Below are positions 49,983 to 62,508 of a DNA stretch of 64,000 bases, piece by piece. Position numbers and translations under genes: made by a program. Location: assembly GCA_030390025.1 (NCBI GenBank), contig CM059432.1, forward strand, positions 124,870,001-124,934,000, given 5' to 3'. Source of the stretch: Squalus acanthias. Lineage: Eukaryota. The notes below the pieces were generated by a model. The model did not search any database and was not told the DNA's origin. It saw only the letters and a program-made list of their open reading frames with translations. How positions within the stretch are numbered: position 1 is the first letter of the stretch; each line of letters opens with the position of its first letter.

Positions 49983-52900
49983 GAGCCATAACAGCACTGA
50001 AGGAGGCCATTCGGCCCATCGAGTCCGTGCCAGCTCTCTGTAGAGCAATCCAGTCAGTCCCATTCCCCCGCTCTAACCCCATAGCCCTGCACGTTTATTT
50101 CCCTCAAGTGTCTATCCAGTCACCCCTTGAAAACATTGAGCGTTTCTGCTTCCACCACTTCCATCGGCAGCGAATTCCAGGTCATCAGCACTCGCTGCGT
50201 AAAAATGTTTTTCCTCACATCCCCCCTGTATCTCTTGCCCAAAACCTTAAATCTGTGTCCCCTAGTCCTTGTACCATCAACTAGTGGGAACAGCCTTTTC
50301 CTGTCTAGCCTATCCAAACCCATCATAATCTTGTACACCTCTATCAAATCACCCCTCAACCTCCTTTGCTCTAATGAAAACAAAACCAGTTTCTCCAACC
50401 TGTCCTTGTAGCTAAGATCCCCCATTCCCGGAACCATTCTGGTAAATCTCCTCTGCACCCTCTCAAGGGCCTTCACATCCTTCCTAAAGTGTGGTGACCA
50501 GAACTGGACGCAATACTCCAGTTGTGGCCTAACCAGCGCTTTATAAAGATTCAGCATAACTTCTCTACTTTTGTACTCAATACCTCTATTTATGAAACCC
50601 AATATCCCATATGCTTTGCTAACCACCCTCTCAATATGTCCTGCCACCTTCCGGGACCTATGCACATTAACTCCCAGGTCCCTCTGTCCCTGCACACTCT
50701 TTAAAACTGTGCCATTAAGTGTATATTGCCTCTCCCTGTTCCTTCTGCCAACATGCATCACCTCACACTTCTCTGTATTAAATTCCATCTGCCACTTGTC
50801 TGCCCATTCTGCTAGCCTTTCTATGTCCTGTTGCAGTTGATTGGTATCATCCTCACTGTTTGCCACACCACCAAGTTTGGTGTCATCGGCAAATTTAGAA
50901 ATTCTACTCTGTATTCCAATATCCAGGTCATTTATATATATATATCAAAAAAAGCAGTGGTCCCAGCACTGACCCTTAGGGAACACCATTGTCTACCATC
51001 CTCCAGTCTGTTTTCTGTCCTTAAGCCAATTCCTTATCCAAGCTGCCACTGACCCACCTATTCCATGAGCCTCAATTTTGTTAACCAGCCTTCTATGTGG
51101 TACTTTGTCAAACGCCTTCCAAAAATCCATGTAGACAACATCAATTGCATTCGCTTCATCGATCCTCCCTGTTACTTCATCAAAAAATTCAATTAGATTA
51201 GTCAACCATGATCTGCCTTTTACAAATCCGTGTTGGCTCTCCTTAATTAGCTTGAACCTCTCCAAGTGGCCGTTAATTTTTTCCTTGATTATTGTTTCTA
51301 AAACTTTACCCACCACTGATGTTAAACTGACTGGCCTGTAGTTACTAGGATTGTCCTTACACCCTTTCTTGAACAATGGTGTCACATTTGCCACTTTCCA
51401 ATCCTCAGGCATCTCTCCCGCATCTAGGGAAGATTGGAAAATTATGGCAAGCCCTTCCGCTATCTCCTCCCCCAATTCCCTTAGCAATCTGGGCTGCAAG
51501 CCATCTGGACCAGGCGACTTATCCACTCTGAGCATACCCAGCCTTTCTCGTACATCCTGTCTATCAATTTTCACCCTTTCCATTGCTTCTATCTTTTCCA
51601 CTGCTACCGATATTTTGTCAGCATCCACCTCCTTAGTAAACACCGATACAAAGTACTCATTGAGTATTCTAGCCTTGCCCTGTGCCTCTAAGCATATATC
51701 ACCTTCTTTGTCTCCAATAGGCTCCACCCCGCCTCTTACTACCCGCTTACTGTTTACATGCTGGTAGAAGATTTTTGGGTTCCCTTTTATGTTAACCGCC
51801 ATTCTACTCTCATATTCTCTCTTTGCCAATCTTATTTTCATCTTCACTTCCCCTCTCAACTTATTGTATTTGGTCTGGTTCTCCCTTGAAGAATTCACCT
51901 GACATGCATCATACACCCTCCGTTTTGTTTCATCATCTTCTCTATCTCCCTCGTCATCCAAGCAGCCCTTGCTTTGGTTCCCGTACCCTTCCCTCTTGTT
52001 GGAATGAACCTAGCCTGTACTTGGAACATCTCCTCCTTAAAGATCACCCATTGTTCCGTTATAGTTTTTCCTGTCAGTCTTTGGTTCCATTTTACCCTGG
52101 CTAGATCCCTTCGGTTCCCATTGAAGTTAGCCCTATTCCAGTTTAAAAGTTCCACTCTAGATTGTTCCTTGCACCTCTCCATTGCTAATCTAAATCTTAT
52201 GATACATTGATCAGTCGTACCCAAGTGTTCTCCCACAGACACTTGGTCGACCTGGCCCACCTCATTCCCCAGCACCAGATCCAGCAATGGCTCCTTCCTA
52301 GTCCTGAACACATTTCAGAAATTCCTCCCCCTCCTTTCCCTTTACCCGAGCATTATCCCAATCGATATTTGGGTCATTAAAGTCCCCCAATATCACCACT
52401 CTATGGGGGAAAAATTCGGTTGGTTATCGCCTCCCATTAGCACCTCGGGGGGCCGCTAACGGGGCGCTAAGAAGTTCGCGCCCGAGCGCGGCAATTTTAG
52501 CGCCGCTCGCGAAATTGACCAGTCGTTTTGTGGCGGCGCTAAACACTACCGCCATGATCTCCTGTGCCCGCACATCATGATGTCAGTCAAGCGTGCAACA
52601 CCCCGGTAGCGCCCCAGACCGGATATTGAGTCGCGCCCCCTGCCTTAGCGCCTGCCGCTAGGAACGACAGGTAGAGGGGAACGTTTTCAAGTTGGGAAGG
52701 GGCTGGGGGAGCGCTATTTAAAGGCGGGCACTTACTGTCTTTTCTTGTCGGCAAAATTTTTGGTTTTAACGCTGTCCTAAGGAGTTGTGGCCCTCACCAC
52801 CACTTTTGAGGTTCCTAAGCGCCGAGCTCTTTCCCTGGGCCTATCCATTTGTGTTTCCAACACAATTGCTTTTGAGGTCTCTCCAGGCCGAGATTCAAGG

Positions 52901-53345
52901 CTGCAATGAGCAGGATGTGGCTGGCCAGCAAGATGGCCCCTGCCCTTTAAGAACTGGCCGGCGCCAGTCTGTCTGTGTTCCGTTGCTAACTGACATCACC
53001 TGAGCTTCGGCAGCGCTCTGAGGTAGCGCCTCACTCCTCGACGTTAGCACCTTAAGACAGGTGTGTAGCACCTGATTTAGCGCTCAAATCACCTCCAGGG
53101 GTGATAGAGGCCAAGTTTGCAGTCGGATGCGATAATTAGCGCCGGGCGCTAAACTTTGCGCCCGGCCGACAATAGCGCCCCAAATGGGGCAATACCAAAT
53201 TTCTCCCCCATAGCTCTTGCATGTCTCTGCGATTTCCCTGCAGATTTGCTCCTCTACCTCCCTCTCACTATTTGGAGGCCTATAGAATACCCCCAATAGC
53301 GTGATCATACCCTTTTTGCTCCTCAACTCTAACCAAATGGATTAT
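49983..53345 (-). mobile_element. CR1 ORF2 (part of the endonuclease through RT and 3' UTR), frameshifted and interrupted by a MITE
   Basis: GVFYRPPNS, ILGDFN, LDLVL, KSPGPDG, NYRPVSL, QHGF, DF.KAFDKVPH, FADD. Confidence 0.95.
52405..53209. mobile_element. Family X-related MITE inserted in the CR1 endonuclease
   Basis: TIRs GGGGGAAAAATT and AATTTCTCCCCC. Removing the element plus a duplicated AT restores the CR1 frame KSYRVVILGDFN. Confidence 0.85.
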
Positions 53346-53522
53346 TCAAGAGGATTATCAGCACCCTTTGTGGTTCTAGATGCAGCTTCAAAGCTGTGTG
53401 CCAGTTAAGTACAATACAGTGATGCACCATTTTTGGAGAGATAGTACTATTTGGGGATCTGCCCAGGCAGATTTCCCGGTGTTCTCTTGAGCCCTTCAGT
53501 TTAAGTTTGCCTTGGCGATTAC

Positions 53523-53637
53523 CTGAAGATACACTATTTACTGGTGTAGACTCTATTCTGGCAGCCTCACGCTCTCTTAAAATCAGATCCTCTTCTCTCG
53601 TCAGTGCTTCTATGTATTTGGAAAAAGACCAGGAAAG
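53523..53637 (-). CDS. RGS22: RGS22 near-terminal coding exon
   Basis: AG|LSWSFSKYIEALTREEDLILREREAARIESTPVNSVSS(G)|GTAATC, resembling the mammalian RGS22 motif W.YSKYIEAL. Confidence 0.85.
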
Positions 53638-53918
53638 CTGTTAAGGAAAAAAGTAAAATTAGGTTTCTGATTGACTCACTGTTAAACGTATAACAGCAGC
53701 ATTTTCATTTCCTATAGTGTAAGATCTATTATTATTGACTGAATAGTGAATAAAGTGCCTCAAAAATACATTGCATAATCCAATGACTGATGTTAAAAAT
53801 TAAATCTAACGGGTGTAGCTATGCAGAAGATGGTAGATGATGGTAGATCACACCAAGGAAGGCGATTGATCTTCTGGAAGTACAATGTAGGAAGCAAGCT
53901 TGGATAGATATTTTAGTG

Positions 53919-54153
53919 AAATAACAACAGAAAATGCTGGAAACACTCAGCAGGCCAGGCAGCATCTGTGGAGAGAGAAACAGAGTTAACGTTTCAGATC
54001 TGTGACCCTTTGTCAGAACGTTCTGATGAAAGGTCATCGACCTGAAACGTTAACTCTGTTTCTCTCTCCACGGATGTTGCCTGGCCTGCTGAGTGTTTCC
54101 AGCATTTTCTGTTGTTATTTCAGAATTCCAGCATCCGCAGTATTTTGCTATTG
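53919..54153. mobile_element. 235-bp Penelope family B palindrome with a 14-bp TSD
   Basis: Arms of about 103 bp centred on AGAACGTTCT (54015-54024). TSD TAGATATTTTAGTG at 53905-53918 and 54154-54167. Confidence 0.9.
54020..54054 (+). ncRNA. Minimal type I hammerhead ribozyme (family B)
   Basis: GTT-CTGATGA-A-AGGTC-ATC-GACCT-GAAA-CG-TT-AAC, with a palindromic ACGT stem III. Confidence 0.82.
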
Positions 54154-54377
54154 TAGATATTTTAGTGCTTCATTTGAGTTATCTTATGGGGGTGGAGGAA
54201 GAAACTTTGCAAAACTTTCCCTCGGGATATTAAATAGCTTCGAGTGAGTCTACAATAAAGTAAATTGTACATTGTGGAAAGAGGGGGCTGAATGTCCCTT
54301 TCTCATTTTGCATTAAATTATGCTCTGAAATTTGTCGTTGCATAATTATTTCATATGTATAGTCTTAACAACTAGAA

Positions 54378-54785
54378 ACAACTTGCATTTATATAGCACC
54401 TTTCACAGCTTCAGGACGACCCAAAGCGCTTTATAGCCAATGGAGTACTTTCGAAGGGAGTCACTGCTGTAACGTAAGAAATGCAGCAGCCAAATTGCTT
54501 ACAGCAACGTGATAATGACCAAATAATCTGTTTTTTTTTTAGTGATGTTGATTGAGGGATAAATATTGGCCAGGACATAGGGGAGAACTCCTCTGCTCTT
54601 CTTCGAAATAGTGCCATGGGATCTTTTACATCCACCTGAGAGAGCAGTTTAGCATCTCATCTGAAAGACGGCACCTCTGACAGTGCAGCACTCCCTCAGT
54701 GCTGCACTGGAGTGTCAGCCCAGATTTTTGTGCTCAAGTCTCTGGAGTGGGGCTTGAACCCACAACCTTCTGACTCAGAGGCTGA
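54378..54785 (-). mobile_element. Deu-domain SINE
   Basis: tRNA-like head (GGTTCAAGCCC box B), Deu core and tail. Confidence 0.88.
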
Positions 54786-55062
54786 AGTCTTTTCCAATTA
54801 AAAATACACTTTTTGGATGAAGAACCACATCAAGATTCAGTAGTGGAGAAGGGTTTTTAAGGCTTTGTGACGGAACTCAGAGAGCAGGGGCAAGAAAATT
54901 GGAGAGATTAGCAGGAGATGACAAGCACAATATGGCCTTCCAAGAACTGGGGGAGAAAACCAGAGAGTAGAAAAAGAGGGCCACAGTGTGTGGAGAATAA
55001 CATTGAGCCGATGGCCAGAAACCAAACCAGGGTATTAAGGAGACAGTTTCATTATTTCTTAC

Positions 55063-55083
55063 CTTTTGCCTCTGCTTTGGAGC
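55063..55083 (-). CDS. RGS22: Candidate 21-nt RGS22 microexon (APKQRQK)
   Basis: TTTTCTTTGCAG|GCTCCAAAGCAGAGGCAAAAG|GTAAGA; phase 0-0 matches the neighbouring exons. Confidence 0.6.
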
Positions 55084-55489
55084 CTGCAAAGAAAATTTAA
55101 AGAAAAAATGAAGTTATAAAACTTAGTAAATAAAAATTCTGAAAGAGTGCGTTACAGTTCAGGCATTTTCCAAGAACTTATTCAGTGCTCACAGCTTAAA
55201 GGCAATTTCTGTAGGCAGACCAGGTCTGCCATGAACTGAAACCTGTGCCCTTATACGTTCCATGAGTGAGAAAGCATGCCACGGATCTAAAAACTACCTT
55301 TAGTTATGGTATATAGTGCACCAGAAATGACATGGGATGCCCACCTTAATCTCATACCTTCTTTGAAAAGCAAAAAATATCATGCCACCGTACCAATATG
55401 TACAAGATGAACCAATAGATTTATTTACAGGTAGAACAATATGGAGACACAACTAGATACAACAAGCTAACCCTGTGCACACCCACACC

Positions 55490-56097
55490 TCCACGATCTC
55501 TCCGTGATCTCCCCCCCTCCTGATCTGTCATCTTCCCCCCCCCCGCAATCACCGACCAACCATGCTCTATCCACCCCCTCACCACGATCACCAACCCCCC
55601 CAAACACAGTCTACCCACCCCCCACGATCACCAACCCCCCCAAACACAGTCTACCCTCCCCACGATCACCGACCCCCCAACCATGCTCTACCCACCCCAC
55701 CACATCACTGACCCCCCCAACCATGTTCTACCCACACCCCCACGATCACCGACCCCCCAAACACACACTACCCACCCCCCATGTTCGCCAACCCCCCAAC
55801 CATGCTCTACCCACCCCCCCCCCACAGTCACCAACCCCCCCAAACACACGCTACCCACCCCCCACGATCACCAACCCCCCAAACACAGTCTACCCACCCC
55901 CCATGATCACCGACCCCCCAACCATGCTCTACCCCCCCCACGATCACCGACCCCCCAACCATGCTCTACCCACCCCCCCACGATCACCGACTCCCCAACC
56001 ATGCTCTACCCACCCACCCCCCATGATCACTGACCCCCCCAACGATGCTCTACCCACCTCTCCCCCCACCCCCACAATCTCTCCCCCCAACCACCAC
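55490..56097. repeat. C-rich minisatellite, unit of about 38-41 bp
   Basis: CCCCCAACCATGCTCTACCCACCCCCCACGATCACCGA alternating with an AAACACAGTCTAC variant. Confidence 0.95.
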
Positions 56098-56599
56098 TAA
56101 ACCTAACTGCTCTGAGGTCGCAGCCTTCTGCGTCTGACAAACAGCCCAAGCCCCGTCAATCAGGCTGGCTGTCAAATGGGGAACCTGGGGGGAAAAGTTC
56201 AATCATGCTCTAGAGTTAAAACTCCACGGCGTTCGTTTCCTGACCATAACTCCTCTCTCCCCCACCCACCCCCCGCTCCGAAACCATACCTCAGGAAATA
56301 TCAGGGCCAATGAGTTCCCCTTAGAGTTAAAGTTGACTGAAGCTATTTTTTTTTAGAAAACTCATTTATCCTACCTAAAGTTATACAACCCATTCAATGA
56401 TCCAGCTGAAATGGTGCTGGAGGTGCTATACTCCTGCGGGATTTCACGTTACTAGAGTGGCCAGCTGACTTCAAGGATGGTCGATTGGCTCACTATGCAT
56501 TTTTCAAAAATACAATGTCTGAAGAACAACTCCCACCGAAAACCAGCCCATTTTTTTTTTAGCTGTAGCCAATCTCCAAGGACAAGAATGGAAGATGGG

Positions 56600-56830
56600 T
56601 AGGGGAAAGTGGCCAGAAGTTCCCCCTTTAATGAAGACAGCTTGGATCTTCTTCTAGAAGAGGTGTTGCAGAGGAAGGTAGCCTTTGAGGCTGAGCTGAA
56701 CCCTGCTCTGTGCCAGAACATGCAACAAGCATGGCAGGAGGTGGTACGTTCAGTCAACGTTCTCTCCCATGCTCATAGTGGGAGTAGACAAGAAAAATGT
56801 TTTTGAGCCTGAGCAAGACTGCCAATATAA
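56600..56830 (+). mobile_element. Harbinger-type Myb/SANT-like ORF remnant
   Basis: RSSPFNEDSLDLLLEEV...AWQEVVRSVN...EKCF.SL. Confidence 0.6.
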
Positions 56831-57159
56831 GGCTAGCCAGAATTTTTCCAGCCCTAAGTTTATGGCCATACCAAGCCCTTGACCAATGCTGTACTCCTAA
56901 CCTGGTTCAGCAGCATCTGTCCAGTCTGCCTGCATCTTCAAGTAATGTTGGCATATTGGACTGCCGTAAAGTAAGGCCATCGTGGCTACGCCCATGATGG
57001 CTACTTGCATGATTTTGTGCTTGTGGTCCAAGACCAACTACACATTAAAGGAATGGCCTTTCCTATTCACACTCAAGCAATTGAGCTGCCTCAAATAACA
57101 TAATGAAAGCTTTATCTCAAACACTGACAAACAGTGCCCCACCACTTACATACTAATCC

Positions 57160-57815
57160 TGCCCTTTCACCTCCTCCCTTTCCACCGCCCAGGGCCCCAA
57201 ACATTCCTTCCAGGTGAAACAGCGATTTACTTGTACTTCTTTCAATTTAGTATACTGCAGTTGCTGTTCATGATGTGGGCTTCTCTATATCGGGGAGGCC
57301 AAAAGCAGATTAGGTGATCGCTTTGCTGAACACCTCTGTTCAGTCTGCAAGTGTGACCCTGAGCTTCCGGTCGCCTGTCACTTTAATTCTCCGCTCCACT
57401 CCCACTCTGACCTCTCTGTCCTCGGCCTCCTGCACTGTTCGAATGAAGCTCAACGTAAGCTCAAGGAACAGCACCTCATCTATCAATTTACACTTTACAA
57501 CCTTCTGGTCTCAACATTGAGTTCAACAACTTTAGATCATTACAGCAGAACCAGTTCCAGGACTGTGGTTATCATTTACAGCTCCTCTGGACCCATCTTT
57601 TATTTCTTTACTTGTCCCATTACCACCTCCTTTTGCCTTGCACCATCATACCTTTTGTTATTTAAATCACTCCTGCCCTCCACCTTATCGCAGACCTTTC
57701 TCTTTGTTCTTTCTTCGCACGGTCCCCCCTTTTTCTCTGGCTCTGTACTTGCTTAAAAACTGTTAAATCTCTAACTTCTTCCACTTCTGATAAAAGGTCA
57801 TCTACCTGAAATATT
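57160..57815 (+). mobile_element. Penelope family B 3' fragment (GIY-YIG remnant and terminal repeat)
   Basis: CTSFNLVYC...CGLLYIGEAK.RLGDRFAEHL, running into the family B repeat with a degenerate hammerhead at about 57785-57812. Confidence 0.82.
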
Positions 57816-57949
57816 GCCCTCGATATTAACTTTCCCACGACGGACAGGAGGGGGTCGGGGTGGGGGTTAAAAATCTAAAAATGGGGAATGTTTCCCCAAC
57901 CCACCGGCAGGGCACATCATTAACATATTTAAATCAGGTTCACAGTGTA

Positions 57950-58416
57950 ATTCATAGAGTCATAACGGCACAGAAGGAGGCCATTTGGCCCATCGAGTCC
58001 GTGCCGGCTCTCTGCAGAGCAATCCAGTCAGTCCCATTCCCCCGCTCTATCCCCGTAGCCCTGCAAGTTTATTTCCCTCAAGTGCCTATCCAGTCTCCCC
58101 TTGAAAACATTGAGTGTCTCCGCTTCCACCACTTCTGTCGGCAGCCTTTCTATGTCCTGTTGCAGTCGATTGATGTCATCATCACTGTTTGCCACAGCCC
58201 CAAGTTTGGTGTCATCAGCAAATTTAGAAATTCTACTCTGTATTCCAATATCCAGGTCATTTATATATATTTAAAAAAGCAGTGGCCCCAGCACTGACCC
58301 TTGGGGAACACCACTGTCTACCATCCTCCAGTCTGAAAAACAGCCATTTACCACAACTCGCTGTTTTCTGTCCTTAAGCCAATTCCTTATCCAAGCTGTC
58401 ACTGACCCACCTATTC
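57950..58416 (-). mobile_element. Internally deleted CR1, same subfamily as 49983-53345
   Basis: 57955-58144 matches about 49985-50170 and 58145-58415 matches about 50814-51063; roughly 640 bp between them is missing. Confidence 0.85.
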
Positions 58417-59023
58417 CTCCCCCTCACCACACCAAGCCCCGATCTCTCCATCCCGACTGACGGGAACCGTCCCAAAGCATCCCTGACTCCGGTTTCCTGC
58501 CGTTTGTTTTCCCGCCTGGCAGCCGGCCAGCCTGTCAATTTGGCTGGTTGTCAGGCGGGAAACGGAAGAAAATTGGGAGCCTGATTTAAATTTAACAGTT
58601 GCCGTGCGGGTTTCGCAGAGCACAGGAAACCCGGCAGTGAATACGAGGCAGGAGCTGCCGGCTCCAGAAGTGCCTTTTTGCAGCACTCCCTGTGGGCCAG
58701 GAGGAGCAGGAGTGCTCCCCTCCCTCCCTCTCTCTCTTCCCTGCCTTGATCGGCAACCTCCCCCTCACCACACCAAGCCCCGATCTCCCCCCCTCCCGAC
58801 TGACGGGAACCGTCCCAAAGCATCCCCGACTCCGGTTTCCTGCCGTTTGTTTTCCCGCCGGCCAGCCTGTCAATTTGGCTGGTTGTCGGGCGGGAAACGG
58901 AAGGAAAAAAATGAGCATGAGGCCGCGTCACTGGCCTTGCCAGATTTTCCCCGCACCCTCCCTGCCTCCCCGCAAATATCAAGGACGTTAACTCTGTTTC
59001 TCTCTCCACAGATGCTGCCTGAC

Positions 59024-59173
59024 CTCCGAATTTTTTCCAGACTCTTCTGTCTTCATTTTTTGCTGATCCTTTGTTGGTTCATCACTTCCTCCCTTTAAAG
59101 ACATTTGACTTCCACTGGACTTGCTGACAGTATCGAAATATTGTCGCTCATGTTTCACATTCAGAACAACATT
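59024..59173 (-). CDS. RGS22: Candidate RGS22 exon (50 codons)
   Basis: TTTTATTTTATAG|NVVLNVKHERQYFDTVSKSSGSQMSLKGGSDEPTKDQQKMKTEESGKNSE|GTCAGG. Open, phase 0-0, in a region poorly conserved across species. Confidence 0.5.
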
Positions 59174-59819
59174 CTATAAAATAAAACCAAACACAGTCAT
59201 CTTCAGCGAGTCACCTTATATGGACAGGAGCAAAAAGGTAATTAGATAAAGGTAAGCTGATACAGTAACATGCTGCAATAAAATATACCATACACTGAGA
59301 GCCTGGACTGTCGAATTCAATTGGACCTTCTGAGCTGTGTTTTTTTTGGGCAGGGAAGGGAAATATGTTACCCTCTGATTACTCAGGTCTCCTCTGCCCA
59401 AACACCGAATGGAAATGGACCTGCAATTTATTCCCATTCCCATATTATTCCCATATCTGCCATTCTTATGCTAACTGCCAGAAGGCATATGAAGGTGGCT
59501 AATGATGATGAGTCCCTGCCCCCTGCTAATTTTACTTTGGGTCTTTTAATATTCATTCTCGGGATAAGGGTGTCGCTGACAAGACCGGCATTTATGGCCC
59601 ATCCTTAGTTGCCCGTGAGAGGAAAAAAAAACTAGTCTGTGGTAAAGCTCTCATCCTCCATCTCAGCACTTCTTCACAGAAACACAATTAAGATCAGCAA
59701 TTCAGTGGAGTGCCAGATGTGAGTTCTGTAGTAATGCAGTATGATCACACAAGACCATGAAATAGGTTTGTGTGAAGAAGGTTCTTTAGTCCATTTGATC
59801 TCAGCCTTTTAGAATACTA

Positions 59820-60820
59820 CAACCAACAACATTTTGCATTTATATAGCACCTTTAACATAGTAAAACATCCCAAGGCACTTCAGAGGAGAGATTATCAGA
59901 CAAAATTTAACACCGAGCCACATAAGGAGATATTAGAACAGATAGCCAAAAGCTTAGTCCAAGAGGTAGGTTTTAAGGACCATCTTAAAGGAGGAGAGAG
60001 AGGCGGAGAGGTTTAGGAAGGGAATTCCAGAGCTTAGGGCCTCAGCAGCTGAAGGCACGGCTGCCAATGGTGGAGCGATTAAAATCGGGGATGCGCAAGA
60101 GGCCAGAATTAGAGGAGCGCAGAGATCTCGGAGGGTTGTAGGGCTGGAGGAGGTTACAGAGATAGGGAGGGACGAGGCCATGGAGGGATTTGAAAACAAG
60201 GATGAGAATTTTAAAATTGAGGCGTTGCCAGACCAGGATCCGATGTAGGTTAGCAAACACAGGAGTGATGGGTGAACGGGACTTGGTGTGTGTCAGGACA
60301 CGGGCAGCAGAGTTTTGGAGATGGGAAGTCGGCAAAGGAAAGCATTGGAATAGTCAAGTCTAAAGGTAGCAAATGCATGGATGAGGGTTTCAGTAGCAGA
60401 TGAGCTGAGGCGGGGCGGAGACGGGCAATGTTACAGAGGTGGAAGTAGGCACGGGGTGATGGAGCGGATATGTGGTTGGAAGCTCATCTCAGTGTTAAAT
60501 ACGACACCAAGGTTGCAAACGGTGTGGTTCAACCTCAGACAGTTGCCAGGGAGAGGGATGGAGTCGGTGGCTAGGGAATGGAATTTGTGGCGGGGACTGA
60601 AGGCAATGGCTTCGGTCTTCCCAATATTTAGCTGGAGGAAATTTCTGCTCATCCGGTACTGGATGTCAGACAAGCAGTGTGACAAATCAGAGACAGTGGA
60701 GGGGGCCGAGAGAAGTGGTGGTGAGGTAGAGCTGGGTGTCGTCAGCGCACATGTGGAACCTGAGGTTGTGTTTACGGATGATGTCGCCAAGGGACAGCAT
60801 GTAGATGAGAAATAGAAATA
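59820..60820 (-). mobile_element. L2 LINE 3' portion
   Basis: ADDTQLY, NFLQLNIGKTE, QNSAARVLT, NFKILILVFKSLHGL. Confidence 0.9.
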
Positions 60821-61659
60821 AACCTAACTTTTCCCTATATACCTGTTTCTTAACTGGTGTCAGCTTGCTGGTTTCAATCATATTTCTTGGTAGGTCATTG
60901 CCGCTGTTAGTCGCCCACTGTGTGAAGAAAAAGTTTACAACGATGAACCTGTGCCCATTTGTCCTGCTGCCCTGGCATATCTGAAATTATTATTCTGGGT
61001 TTATTTTCTCTGACCCGTTATTTATCTATAGTGTCCCTGCCTCCTGTGCTAAGGGGAAAAAATAACAATGTGAATCCAGTTGTCAATTAAATCCCAACAT
61101 CCAAATACTGACTGTTATTACTGTGACATTGGGATACACATGCTGTGGCCGTCATGTATTTATACTGAGATTTAATCAATTTAAGCAAACTAAAATGGGC
61201 AATTATTTTTTGGAGGGGCTATGTTATCCTCCACACAAATTCTGTTCTCATTTTCTTTCCCCTCTCATAAATTCCCCAGTTCAAAGGGTGAGGTGGGAAG
61301 CCTGTGTCCCAGGTCACCACCCATGCTGTTGTTCGGTACTTGGCATATGAAGAGGCTGGTGAAGAAAACCCTTTAAGCTTTTCCTCATCTCCATGGGAAG
61401 ATGCCTAGCCATGCCCCAGTGCCTTGCTGCACAATGTGGCTTAGAGCAGAACATATCAGGATGGGTACTGAAACCTGTAGCGCTGTGCGTCAGTGCTCCA
61501 TCACAATGTGCTGTTACGTTGTACTGATATTGTTATTCAATTCCTATGTGAGCACATTAAGACGCATATTTTTAATGTTCAAACGTCTAAATATTACACT
61601 AAAATACATGGGAAAAAAACAAATGAAAAGGAAGAACTTGCATTATTCTGAAATACCGG

Positions 61660-62335
61660 CCTTGATATTTACTGGGGCAGGTTTTGTGGGCGGGGGGTGG
61701 GGTTAGGAGTTTTGTTCCGGAAACCTGGAAGTCGGAGATTTGACGTCACAGCAGGCGTCTTTTTTTCCAGCAGGTTCCCCGCCCGGAAGCCAGCCTGACA
61801 GACAGGCTTGGCTCCCTGTTGGGTGGGGAACGGTCCAGATGGGGGTTAGTCGCTGACTCCTGGCGGGGGGGGGGGGGATCTGATCGCTGGGCGGGGGTCA
61901 CCGATCAGGGGGGGGTCCGATCGCAGAGGGGGGCGTCTTTGGATTGGGAGGTGTCTGATGGTGGGCAAGGCAGAAGGTAAGCTTGGTGGGCTGGGAGGAA
62001 GCACTCCTGCTCCTCTTGGCCCACATTCAGCGCTGGAAAGGCACTTACCTTTTCCACGAAGCTGTTCTCACCTCCCTTTAGCTGCCGGGTTTCCTGAGGC
62101 CCAGGAAATCTGGCCAGCCAGGGGTCAGCCTGGAAGGCAGGTTAAATATGAGGCATGCAGTCTTGTTATAATACGTAAATGGCCAACCTACCTCCTGAGA
62201 GCAGGCTGGTCGCTTGCCTCCCCCCCTGTCCCACCTCCGTTAACACTGGGAGTGGCCGTGTTGGAGGCGAGTTGGGGTTGGGTTTGAGATTTAAAATTTT
62301 TTTAACATCCCACCCGACCCCAACCCAGCCACTTT
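61660..62335. mobile_element. GC-rich MITE-like element
   Basis: Starts GGCCTTGATATTTAC. Internal motifs are shared with 58420-58985 and 34172-34940. Confidence 0.5.
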
Positions 62336-62352
62336 TTTGTGGTTAAAATTAC

Positions 62353-62508
62353 CTCAGTTAAGCTCTCTTCTATTCCATTACTTTTCTGTATTTTTTGTTG
62401 CTTAATTCTTATTCTCTCTAAGCTTGGCAGGATGCTTTCAACAGCGACACTACGTCGGAAATCAGAAAACTCCGGCCACAGTTTGAAGAGGACATCAAAA
62501 ACTGCCAT
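62353..62508 (-). CDS. RGS22: RGS22 coding exon (end of the last RGS domain)
   Basis: AG|MAVFDVLFKLWPEFSDFRRSVAVESILPSLERIRIKQQKIQKSNGIEESLTE|GTAATT, resembling mammalian MTIFGVLFKFWPQFCEFRK. Synteny with COX6C agrees. Confidence 0.88.

Noticed and set aside
55504..56100. Pro/Thr/His-rich ORFs
   Set aside because: Minisatellite artefacts.
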